From assembly GCA_041586955.1 (NCBI GenBank), contig JBFGZE010000028.1, forward strand, positions 1 to 32,693: DNA of 32,693 bases, in the 5' to 3' direction. The position numbers were made by a program, and so were the translations under genes. This document shows, piece by piece, positions 18,412-28,200 of the stretch. The notes beneath the pieces are model-generated. The model saw only the letters and a list, made by a program, of their open reading frames with translations, was not told the DNA's origin and did no database searches. The DNA is from Bacteriovoracaceae bacterium (GTDB lineage Bacteria > Bdellovibrionota > Bacteriovoracia > Bacteriovoracales > Bacteriovoracaceae). The stretch's first letter is position 1; every line of letters begins with the position of its first letter.

Positions 18412-20502
18412 ATGACAAATAAAAACTATCGAAAATACCCCGCTTTGCGGGATGACCTTAAGATATCTAAGATGAAGACTTCTGGCTCGATTCATTATGT
18501 GGTCAAAGACCCATTAAAAGAGCAATATTATCGCTTTAGTGAAGAAGAATGGCTGGTTATAGACTATTTCAGGGGATCAAAAACTCTAGAAGAGATAATG
18601 GCCCAGTTTAATTCAGACCATCAAGATATGGAAATCGACCTAGAGTCCGTTGAAGGCTATTGGAATCACTTGGATTCAATCAATATTCTACAAAAATCTC
18701 AAAAAGAAATGAATGTCATGCTCGTAGAGAAGATGAAAGAGATGCGCCAAAGTCAACTCCTGGCCAAAAAAGGAAGTCTCTTTTATAAACGTTTCCCGAT
18801 AATTGATCCCGACAAATTATTTGATAAGATCATTCCCTATATTGGATGGATTTGGAGCCTCCCTTTTTTTATCTTTTCATTTTCAATAATGATTACCGCT
18901 GTCATCATTATTTTAACCCATTGGACTGAATTCAATCAGGGTGTTTACGAAATCTTCAGCTTTTCAGAAATGTCAGCAGCTCATTTAATTACATTATGGG
19001 TTGTTATCTATGGAACAATTGCCCTGCACGAAGTTGGTCACGGTTTAACATGCAAATACTATGGTGGAGAAGTCCATGAAATAGGTTTTTTACTGCTCTT
19101 TTTTCAGCCTTGCCTATATTGTAACGTTAATGATGCCTGGCTATTTGATAAAAAGTGGAAACAAATATTGGTCACGCTGGCCGGTGGTTATATCGAATTC
19201 TTTATTGGTTCTATTTGCGCAATAATTTGGCTCATTACAAGTCCAAATACATTCATTAATGTCATCAGTATGCAAATCATGACTATTTGCTCGCTTTCAA
19301 CCGTATGCTTTAATTTTAATCCAATGATGAAGCTCGATGGCTATTACCTTTTATCAGACCTAGTCGAAGTCCCCAACCTTAAGGATGATTCGCTGGCGTA
19401 TTTAAAACACACTGTCGCTACTAAAATATTTCGAATGCCTGGCGAAAAATTCTATGCCACCAAAAGAGAAAAGCGTGTTTATCTTGTCTATGGAGTATGT
19501 AGCTTTATTTATATGACACTTTTATTGACAGGCCTTGTCGCCATGGCCAAAGGTATATTAGTCGATAGTTTTCACGAAATCGGTATTCTAATCACAGGTT
19601 TTATAGCCTATAAAATATTTGGTGGCCATGTCACAAAAAGTGGGTCTTTTATGCTGAAATTCTTTATCCAAAAAAGAAAATTCTTTAAATCCCCCAAATT
19701 TAAATTGGCCTTTGCAACAGCGATGGTGGGCCTAGTTATAACTCTCATTTTACCCATCCATTTTAAGCTTTATGGAAAATGTTTTTTAAATCCGCAAGCA
19801 ACCATTATAATGAGAACGATTGTCGACGGCCAAATCGAGAAGTTCTTTCTTAATGATGGCGAAATGATCAAATCGAGAGAAAATCTCTTTAAAATTAAAA
19901 ATGAAACAGTACCAATTAATCGCAAGATGGCCTCAACAGAGGTGAAGAAGCAGGAGTTAATGTTAAGAAAAACGCTTGTCCAAAATAAACGAAAATACCA
20001 AGAAGTAAAAAAGGAATTATTGTCTAAACAAATGACCCTTAAAGAACGAATTGCTGAAGAGACGGCATTAATCTACCGCTCACCAGAAATCTCGGGCCTA
20101 AATATGTTCTCTTGCCCTGATATCTATCAAAAGCTTGGAAGTTTTATTAACAAAGGTGATGAAATCTGCTCTATTCAAAAGATTGATGCCATGAAAACAA
20201 TTATTGAAATTAATGAAGCGCAAATAAGGTTTCTCCGAGCTGACCAAAAGGTAATTTTTAAATTATCATCCAACCCTGTTAAAAGTTATACTGGTAAAAT
20301 CAGCGAAATTCTACCTACCGGTAAGAACGATCCCAAAAACCCCCAGCGGAAAATATATAATGCGGTTCTAGAAATCAATAATCCAGGAGAATTACGCCCA
20401 GGAATGGAAGGCGTAGCAAAAGTTTATGGCATAGAAATGAGCATCTTTAAATATTTAATAGCAAAACTAACATCAACGTTAAGACTAGATTTATTTTATT
20501 AG
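18412..20502 (+). CDS. Fusion of a PqqD/RRE-like domain, an M50 (site-2) metalloprotease and a HlyD-type membrane fusion domain
   Basis: N-terminal P.LRDDL...YVVKDP...YYRF...GSKTLEEI, then HEVGH, LAGG and NFNPMMKLDGYY in a multi-TM region, and a C-terminal DGQIEKFFLNDG...LRPGMEG adaptor domain. Confidence 0.88.
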   Translation: MTNKNYRKYPALRDDLKISKMKTSGSIHYVVKDPLKEQYYRFSEEEWLVIDYFRGSKTLEEIMAQFNSDHQDMEIDLESVEGYWNHLDSINILQKSQKEMNVMLVEKMKEMRQSQLLAKKGSLFYKRFPIIDPDKLFDKIIPYIGWIWSLPFFIFSFSIMITAVIIILTHWTEFNQGVYEIFSFSEMSAAHLITLWVVIYGTIALHEVGHGLTCKYYGGEVHEIGFLLLFFQPCLYCNVNDAWLFDKKWKQILVTLAGGYIEFFIGSICAIIWLITSPNTFINVISMQIMTICSLSTVCFNFNPMMKLDGYYLLSDLVEVPNLKDDSLAYLKHTVATKIFRMPGEKFYATKREKRVYLVYGVCSFIYMTLLLTGLVAMAKGILVDSFHEIGILITGFIAYKIFGGHVTKSGSFMLKFFIQKRKFFKSPKFKLAFATAMVGLVITLILPIHFKLYGKCFLNPQATIIMRTIVDGQIEKFFLNDGEMIKSRENLFKIKNETVPINRKMASTEVKKQELMLRKTLVQNKRKYQEVKKELLSKQMTLKERIAEETALIYRSPEISGLNMFSCPDIYQKLGSFINKGDEICSIQKIDAMKTIIEINEAQIRFLRADQKVIFKLSSNPVKSYTGKISEILPTGKNDPKNPQRKIYNAVLEINNPGELRPGMEGVAKVYGIEMSIFKYLIAKLTSTLRLDLFY

Positions 20503-20510
20503 GATACGAT

Positions 20511-21251
20511 ATGAAAACAATTATTGCAGCTCTCTTTTCTATTTTAAATATTCAGGCAACGACAATTGGTATATTGCAAGGGAAAAAAGAAATCATTGTC
20601 TCTAGCAAAACCCAGGGAGAGATTAGAGAGATCCACTTCACTGAGGGAACCAAGGTTAAAGAGGGTGATATTATTTTATCTATTGATAATCAAAAGGAAA
20701 CAATAGAATATGAATTGGCCAAGAATGACTTTGATTCTGCGAAAGAGGATTATAATAAATCCAAAAAACTTAAAAAATACCTCTCGGGTGAGGAATTAAC
20801 AAAGAAGAGAAATTTATACCTTTCTAAGAAAGCGTCTTTTGAGCTAAAAGAATACGCTTTAAAAACAAAAGAAATTAAAACCCCGATAGATGGTATCCTC
20901 TCAAAGATCTTTCTTAAAGAAGGTGAAAATGTTGGTAGCGGAAAAGAGGCATTTGAAGTTATCTGGCCCGACAACCTTATCATTGACCTTGACATCAATG
21001 CCAAAAAGGCCCAGACCCTTGCGCTAGGCCAAGAAGTTTTATTTAACAGAGAAATTGACGATGGCGAGTTCAAGGCCAAAATTACCTTTGTTGGTAAAAC
21101 CGTAGATAAGGCATCTGGAACGATACATATTATTTTAGAATTAGATAATCCCCTTAAGGAGGACGGTAGTTATACCCTCACACCAGGGGAAATGGTTAAA
21201 ATACATTTCAAAGAAAAAGACTCTCAAAAGACAGTCATGACCAACAATTGA
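20511..21251 (+). CDS. Stand-alone periplasmic adaptor (membrane fusion protein) with a short signal peptide
   Basis: GEIREIHFTEGTKVKEGD, IKTPIDG, VDKASGT and LTPGEMV. Starts 8 nt after the M50 fusion gene. Confidence 0.88.
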   Translation: MKTIIAALFSILNIQATTIGILQGKKEIIVSSKTQGEIREIHFTEGTKVKEGDIILSIDNQKETIEYELAKNDFDSAKEDYNKSKKLKKYLSGEELTKKRNLYLSKKASFELKEYALKTKEIKTPIDGILSKIFLKEGENVGSGKEAFEVIWPDNLIIDLDINAKKAQTLALGQEVLFNREIDDGEFKAKITFVGKTVDKASGTIHIILELDNPLKEDGSYTLTPGEMVKIHFKEKDSQKTVMTNN

Positions 21252-23779
21252 TGAATCTTATCTAAAATAATTTTCCCAATTACGCGACTTCCTGTATAAA
21301 TTTTACCTCGGCCTGTCATTCCAGGTCGTAAAATACTGGCATCGCCATCCTTCGTTGTAATAATCGCTCGGGCCAAATAATAGGTTGTAGGGTCCGTTTC
21401 CAATAATTGTGTCGCCTCACCTCCTACCGAATTTAATTTAAAATCCTCAAAACTAACCGTAGGGTGACCAAAAACTTTGAATTTTACCGATTGATCCGAT
21501 TTTACGTGAATGATATTTTCTTGAGGCACCTCAAACTGGGCCAACATCTTTTCTTTGGAGGCAACCTTAATAATCTCCTTTCCATAAGTGACCGGAGTCC
21601 CCATCAACTCATGTAAATTCTCAGAGATAACGATCCCCTCTTCTTTCGCTCTAATAATAGAGCTATCAATCTTTTTTTCAAGAATAGTCATTTCATGAAT
21701 TAAGGATAATAATTCTTTTTCCTTAATTTTGTATTCAGCTATTTTCCGTTCATTCTTTAGCTTAAGCATCTCTACTCGAGTTTTCTCACGTGTTGATTCT
21801 TTCTGCTGGAGTTCGATAACAGAATCAGTAACATCTATTTCGGCCAGGATCTTTCCCTTCTCAACAAACTCTCCTTCCTTAACAAATACGTTTTTGACAA
21901 CGCCATTACTGAAAGAATAATAAGTATTAGTCAAAGGGATAATTTGAACAGACGTATTCACATTATAAGGAACCTTAACAATTGTAATGAGTAAGGACGC
22001 GGTGATTAGCCCTCCAACCAATTTAAGTATTTTTTTTAGCCCCCAATCTTTTATATTATAGAGTTTGGCAATTAATTCATCTTTAAGGTTAGTGAAATAC
22101 TGCCCACTAGGAATTGAATGATAGAGATCAACATTACGCAAAGAAACGGTTGTTTGAGTTGTTAAAATGCCTAATATTTCTTCGGTATTTGATGTCACCA
22201 AACCAGAATCGTCAGACTCGATATGGATGATACCAACTGGACCTTGATCATCCTTAAGTAATTTTATCCATATACTTTTGAGTTCATGGTCTTCCATATA
22301 TTTTTTTACAAACTCATGATCTGATACAAACTCATAAGCTTCACGATTATCAACATAGAGTTCATCCATTTCAAGCTTCAAAAACTGATTATGAATGATA
22401 TCAATATTCTTCTGCTCTTTATTGTCAAAATCAATTTCTTTTTCACCACTAATGGCGCGAAGTAAAACACAATCATCTCTCTTCATCTTCATGGTTGAAA
22501 CCGCCATAAGATCAAAAGGGATGAGCTCTCCTGATAAATTGACCAGAGAGACAAGCACACTATCTAAATCAAGTGTTGAGGTAATTTCTCGTCCAATATC
22601 AATAAGCGCGGTGAGATCTTTTGCCTTTTTTTCTGAGGCAAATAAGCGAGCATTTTTAATATACATTGCACTTGAACCGGCAAATAAATTAAGAAGTTCA
22701 AGGTCTTCCTCATTAAATAATGGAGCTGCCCCTGCTTTATTAAGGATTTGAATGGCGCCAATACATTCACCTTTAACAATAAATGGAGAGCAGATCATAG
22801 ACTTTGAGATAAAATTAGTTTTTTGATCAACCGCTCTCGAAAAATGGTCATCAAGTGAACAGTCTTCAATGATATGGGCCTCTTTTGACTCAATAACTGA
22901 TCCAATTATTCCTGTGCCTTTCTTAAGTTTAACCCCTTCAACCATATTTTTTGTTGGCCCATGGGCGTATTGACAGACATAACCTTCTTTTGAGTCTTCG
23001 ACCAGCCAGACTGAACCAACTTCAGCTCCCACTAAATGAATCGCTTTTTGCAAAACTAATGGCAGGAGTTTATCAATATCCATAGTTGAACTAAATAATT
23101 CATGCAATTCTGAGAAGGTTTGCATTCTTTTGAGAAGTCCATCCTGTTTTTTTAATGTTCTTCTAGTCTTAATATGCATAGCAACAGTCGTTGCCAGATC
23201 TTCTAAAAAAAACTTATCGGAATCTGAAAATGATTCGCTGACATTGATTTTATTCACCGTTTGGATAACACCCACAACTTCATTGGCATAGATTAAGGGA
23301 CATGATATTAGCGATTTTGTATTTGATTTCTTTTTATTAAAAAATCGTTGATCGGTACTCGTATCATAGACAATTGCCGACTTTTTATTCTCAGCACTCC
23401 AGCCGACAATCCCCTCACCGATTTTAAGGCTTAGCCCTTTGAGTTGAGAGGCCCCTGGGCCATGTGCGACTTTTAAATGAAGAAGATCCTCTTCAATGAT
23501 CCACAATGATCCACCTTCGGCCTCAACACCTTGACACACAATTTCAAGGAGTCCTTTCATCATATTAAAAAGACTGAGTGAGTTATTTTGGTAAAATTCA
23601 TTAATACGATGATAGCACGCGAGTTTTTTATCGGATAAGCTATCACTTTGGATCTCATTTTTTAAATGAAGACTTATAGGATTAACGGCGGTAACACCTT
23701 CTAGGACTTTAAATTTATTTTTTTCCTCTTCTCCTTTAACCACGACATCTTTCTTTTTAAAGCGAAACTTTAAGGCCAT
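21224..23779 (-). CDS. Three GAF domains, a TM helix and a HlyD-type membrane fusion domain
   Basis: GAF repeats (GEGIVGW...SLISCPL..VGVIQTVNK; GTGIIG...SMICSPF..IGAIQILNK; a divergent third), a TM segment, then GVVKNVFVKEGEFVEKG...LRPGMTGRGKI. Confidence 0.88.
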   Translation of the reverse strand: MALKFRFKKKDVVVKGEEEKNKFKVLEGVTAVNPISLHLKNEIQSDSLSDKKLACYHRINEFYQNNSLSLFNMMKGLLEIVCQGVEAEGGSLWIIEEDLLHLKVAHGPGASQLKGLSLKIGEGIVGWSAENKKSAIVYDTSTDQRFFNKKKSNTKSLISCPLIYANEVVGVIQTVNKINVSESFSDSDKFFLEDLATTVAMHIKTRRTLKKQDGLLKRMQTFSELHELFSSTMDIDKLLPLVLQKAIHLVGAEVGSVWLVEDSKEGYVCQYAHGPTKNMVEGVKLKKGTGIIGSVIESKEAHIIEDCSLDDHFSRAVDQKTNFISKSMICSPFIVKGECIGAIQILNKAGAAPLFNEEDLELLNLFAGSSAMYIKNARLFASEKKAKDLTALIDIGREITSTLDLDSVLVSLVNLSGELIPFDLMAVSTMKMKRDDCVLLRAISGEKEIDFDNKEQKNIDIIHNQFLKLEMDELYVDNREAYEFVSDHEFVKKYMEDHELKSIWIKLLKDDQGPVGIIHIESDDSGLVTSNTEEILGILTTQTTVSLRNVDLYHSIPSGQYFTNLKDELIAKLYNIKDWGLKKILKLVGGLITASLLITIVKVPYNVNTSVQIIPLTNTYYSFSNGVVKNVFVKEGEFVEKGKILAEIDVTDSVIELQQKESTREKTRVEMLKLKNERKIAEYKIKEKELLSLIHEMTILEKKIDSSIIRAKEEGIVISENLHELMGTPVTYGKEIIKVASKEKMLAQFEVPQENIIHVKSDQSVKFKVFGHPTVSFEDFKLNSVGGEATQLLETDPTTYYLARAIITTKDGDASILRPGMTGRGKIYTGSRVIGKIILDKIHQLLVMTVF

Positions 23780-23794
23780 TATTACCTCTATCCT

Positions 23795-25189
23795 TTATAT
23801 CGAAATGAGACCGCTAAGGTCTGCCAATTCTAGCTTTTGTTTAAATTTTTCATAAATAATTTGAAATAACTCTAACTCTACTTTTTCTAATTCTGTTATT
23901 TTTTTCTTTAATTCGAAGAAAGAGATTCGGCCCAAACTATAGAGCTTCTTCTTGCCATTAAAATTTACCTTTTCGAGCCTTAATCTTTTACGGAGCAATA
24001 GACTTTTAGTCTCAATATTAGAAAGCTCCCGTTTAATAGCATCCTTCTTGCTTAATTTCTCGTAATCATGTTTTTTTAATTGTATCAACTTCTGATTATA
24101 CCTAGCTAGCTCGGATGTCTTTTCCCTAATCCCAAAAAGTGCCTCTAAGCTGGTTGAAAAATTGATCGATATGGACCATTCGGGGTTCGTAAACTGAAAA
24201 CCGTTGGTAAACTCTCTAGTTAACTTTTTAGAAACGCTCGATGAGAGCGCGGACATCTCAAGGTCTAATTTTACCTGGTTATTTTCGCTTTCCTTTAGTC
24301 GATCAATCTTTAAATCGCTCAATTCTGACAAAACAAGTTGTCTTTTATAATCACGTGGTTTTAATTTTAATACGAGATCGTCAATATTGACTGATGGAAT
24401 GCGCCCCTCTGGCAATTGAATTGTGTTATTCGTTATACGCTTAAGAAGGTACAACTCCTTTAGGTATTTTAAATTAAGCGTCTCGATATTGACGTGAACT
24501 TTTTGAATTTCAATTTTATTTTCTAACCAATCAATCTGCCCTTCATGACCGCTTCTCTTTTTCGCCAATGTTTGTTTAAGTAGCCCCTCGTAATACTTCA
24601 AGGTCTTTAACTTTAATATTTTTTTCTGTCTTAAAAGGTAGACTTCGGCGAATGAAAGATAAGCTTCCTTTAATCTTTCTGCTAATTCTATTTTTAATTT
24701 CAAATCAGCTCTTTTTTTCTTAATGTCATTTTTGTAATAATTTTCGTGATTCGAGAACTTTTCATTTCTCATTAGAGGGTAAGTCATAATGCTTTTAAAG
24801 GCGGTGGTATAATAGCGCGGGCCAATAGCATTGATTGAATTTGAATGGGTCTCTAAAGTTTGCCACGATGTTTCAACCTCCAGGCCACTCAAAAATTTTT
24901 TAGTAAATCCTAGGCTGAGACCACTACTTTTTTCTTGGACCACGCTTAAATCAAGTGATGAATTAGAAAATGACTTTTCCTTTTCATAAAGCCCACTAAA
25001 AAAGATATTCCAATCAATAGAATGATCCTTAGCAATTGATTCATATTCATTGATTTTTACATTTTGTTTTTCTAATTGAATATTAGTGTTGTTTTCTAAG
25101 AGTAAAAGTTTTAATTCTTGTAGCCCCATTGGTCGACAATAAATCGTGTTTATGAAACTTAAAAAAATAAGAAATTTGAGTATAAACAT
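23795..25189 (-). CDS. TolC family outer membrane channel (paralogue 2)
   Basis: Signal peptide, 464 aa, TolC-like alternation of helices and strands, and LYSLGRISFFEL. Local similarity to paralogue 1. Confidence 0.75.
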   Translation of the reverse strand: MFILKFLIFLSFINTIYCRPMGLQELKLLLLENNTNIQLEKQNVKINEYESIAKDHSIDWNIFFSGLYEKEKSFSNSSLDLSVVQEKSSGLSLGFTKKFLSGLEVETSWQTLETHSNSINAIGPRYYTTAFKSIMTYPLMRNEKFSNHENYYKNDIKKKRADLKLKIELAERLKEAYLSFAEVYLLRQKKILKLKTLKYYEGLLKQTLAKKRSGHEGQIDWLENKIEIQKVHVNIETLNLKYLKELYLLKRITNNTIQLPEGRIPSVNIDDLVLKLKPRDYKRQLVLSELSDLKIDRLKESENNQVKLDLEMSALSSSVSKKLTREFTNGFQFTNPEWSISINFSTSLEALFGIREKTSELARYNQKLIQLKKHDYEKLSKKDAIKRELSNIETKSLLLRKRLRLEKVNFNGKKKLYSLGRISFFELKKKITELEKVELELFQIIYEKFKQKLELADLSGLISI

Positions 25190-25200
25190 TTATGTTTCCA

Positions 25201-25232
25201 AAAAAAAAGGGCAGGGAAAACCCCGCCCTTTC
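25201..25232 (-). terminator. Intrinsic terminator after the acidic repeat protein gene
   Basis: The minus strand reads AAAGGGCGGGG-TTTT-CCCTGCCC followed by T8, 10 nt after the stop. Confidence 0.88.
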
Positions 25233-25242
25233 ATTATACTCT

Positions 25243-28200
25243 TTAACTAGCTTGCTGATACGTACCGTCAACTTCTTCCCCTGCCGGGTGTCCACCGTCA
25301 TGATCTAAGAAGTCAGCTGACTCTGAAGAGATCACGAAAGAACCGTCATCGAAGTATTGTGTATCTTCAGGAAGGTCAATGGAAAATTGTCCTTCAGGGC
25401 CAATACTGATCGGTTCAGGTGCCATTTCATTTAAGGCGGCATTAGAGACATGCAACGAATGTCCCTCCTCATTATACTCTACGCCCTCAGGAATATGCGC
25501 ATGAAGAGTTCCTTCTGCGTCAATATGATACTCTATATCCTGTGGCATATCAGTCAGCTCATAAGAGCCGGCCGGGATATCAATAGTTCCCAATTCTGCA
25601 TTAAATGTAGCATCTTCAGGAATCTTAATATCAGCAGTTCCATCGGCATTCAAAGTAAAGTCTTCAGGAATCAAATCGCCACCCAATTCTTGCATGGCCA
25701 TATCTGCACTCATCTCAACTGTACCTGTGGCAGGATCAACATTAATTCCTTCAGGAGGAGTAATGGTAACAGATCCATCTGGGTTATCATTGACCCATTC
25801 TGGACCTTGCTCAACATAATCCATTCCAGGGTTTTCAATAAAATCGGCCGAACACTCAGGAATATTGGCGCCACCATCATCAAAATAATGCGTGTCATGC
25901 GGCAGATCAACTATAACAGAACCGTCATACTCCATAGTAATGGCATCAGGAGTCATTGCATTGGTCCAATAATGATCAAAATGAACACTACCTTCCTCAG
26001 CATTAAAATCCATCCCCTCTTGAAGATTGATACTAATAGTACCATCATCGTTAAGAGTCGCATCCATTTCAGCTGGAATTTCATCCATATGCATCTCCCC
26101 TGCAGGGAAAGTCAATGAATTAGAGGCAGCATCAAATGCCGTTCCTGCTGGAACCTGGGCGGTAATCGTCCCATCCTCATGAAGTGTTATATCATCAGGA
26201 ATATATTCTTCAAAATGCTCATTAACAAATTCGCTGTTCATTTCCATTTGACCGGCTTCAGCGTTAAACTCAAGTCCCTCTTGTGGAACAATGGCAACTG
26301 AACCATCTGGATTAACATTAACGAAGTCTGGGCCTTCAGTTACATACTCAGGAGCAGGGTTCTCAAGAAAGTCCGCTTGGTACTCAGGAACAGTAAATGA
26401 ACCATCATCATGAAATTGAGTGTCTTGAGGAAGATCAACCACAAGGTTACCTTCCGCTGTCACTTCAATAGGATCAGGTGTCAATTCATTAGTCCAATAA
26501 TTATCAAAGTGAACTTGACCAGCATCACCATCATAATTCATACCATCTTGAAGTGTGATCGTAATTGTACCATCAGCATTCACTTCAGGGTTAAAGTTTT
26601 CAGGAACCTCTGCCACATTCATTTCACCTTCTGGGAAGATTATAGCATTGGCTTCAGTGTCATATTGAGTTCCCTCTGGAAGATCGACATTCATCGTCCC
26701 GTCTGCATTGAAATGAATTTCTTCAGGCACGGGAATATGCTCGTCAATCATTTCATTGGGAATTGTCGCTTCACCAGCTTCTGCGTTAACTTCGATTCCT
26801 TCAGGAGGAGTAAAAGTATACTCACCCTCTGGGCCTACTTCTGAAAACTCAACATCATGAACAAAGTCAGGTTGCTCCGCTTCAATAAAGTCAACATGGT
26901 CGGCCGGAACGGTGAAAGAACCATCGTCAAAATACTCTGTTCCCTCTGGAAGAGCAATATTCACATTCCCCTCTGCGGTGATTTGCACGCTGTCGGGGGT
27001 AATTTCATTGGTCCAGTAATTATCCATATGAACAGAACCCGTATCCGGATTAAAATCCATCCCCTCTTGTAGCATAACTGTGGTTGTACCATCTGGGTTA
27101 ATATGGGCATCAACACCCTCAGGAACTTCATCAAGATTAATTTCACCTTCTGGCAAAACAACACCATTAATATCAGCATCGTATTGGGCCCCCTCAGGAA
27201 GAGGAATCTCAGAAGTACCATCGGCATTAATTTGTAAATCAGTTTGCTCTGAAAATGTTTCATTAAAAACTTCAGCATCCATGGTGGCAATTCCACCATC
27301 AACTTCAATTCCCTCTGGTGGTTCAAAAGTCACAGCACCATCTGGAGCAGTTTCAGTGAACTCAAGATCATTGATTATTTCTGGAGCTGGATTATCCATT
27401 TGACCTGCGGCCTCAGCAGAAATTTGGATTTGACCATCGTTATATTCAACACCATCTTGTGGTAATTGTACTTCAACACTACCGTCTAGGGAGATTTCGA
27501 CGTTTTCAGGAGTTATTTCATTCGCCCAATAATTGTCGACTTCAACTGACATATTTTCCATGTCAACTTCTATCCCCTGATCGGGAAGATTGACCATAAT
27601 AGACCCATCAGCATTTGGATAAGCTTCTAGTTCATTGGGAACTTCTTCTAAATTAATTTCCCCTTCAGGAAACATTAATTGATTGGAGGCCTCTAAGTAT
27701 TGAGTCCCTTCAGGCAAAGGCATTTCCATCCCCCCCTCTGGAGTAATCTCAACACCTTCTGGAAGTGGTAATTCTTCATTGGCCACCTCAATCGGAAAGT
27801 TGGCGGTTCCAGCATCAGGGTCAACAGTGACACCCTCTGGAGGTGTTGCCGAAAAAGATCCATCTGCTTGCGCCTCAACCCAATCCGGCTCAGACCAACC
27901 TTCGTGCTGGCCCATATCGCCTTCAGGAGCGTCATTATGAAACTCGTCAACTTCTTCTGATAATGTTTCATCTTGTTGCTCATACTCAGATTCAGGGGCG
28001 TCTTGTTCAAACATTTCACCCTGATGGGCCTGTGCCTCATCCAAGTATTGTCCTTCTTGGCCTTCAGGAGCTTGATCAAAAGACTCAGTTGAAGTTTGTT
28101 GAATTTCTTCCTGACCAGCTTGATCAGTGGTATCAGCATCAACGGCATCAACCATACCAGGATCAACCAGGCCGCCGCCGACCATTCCTGGTGCAATACG

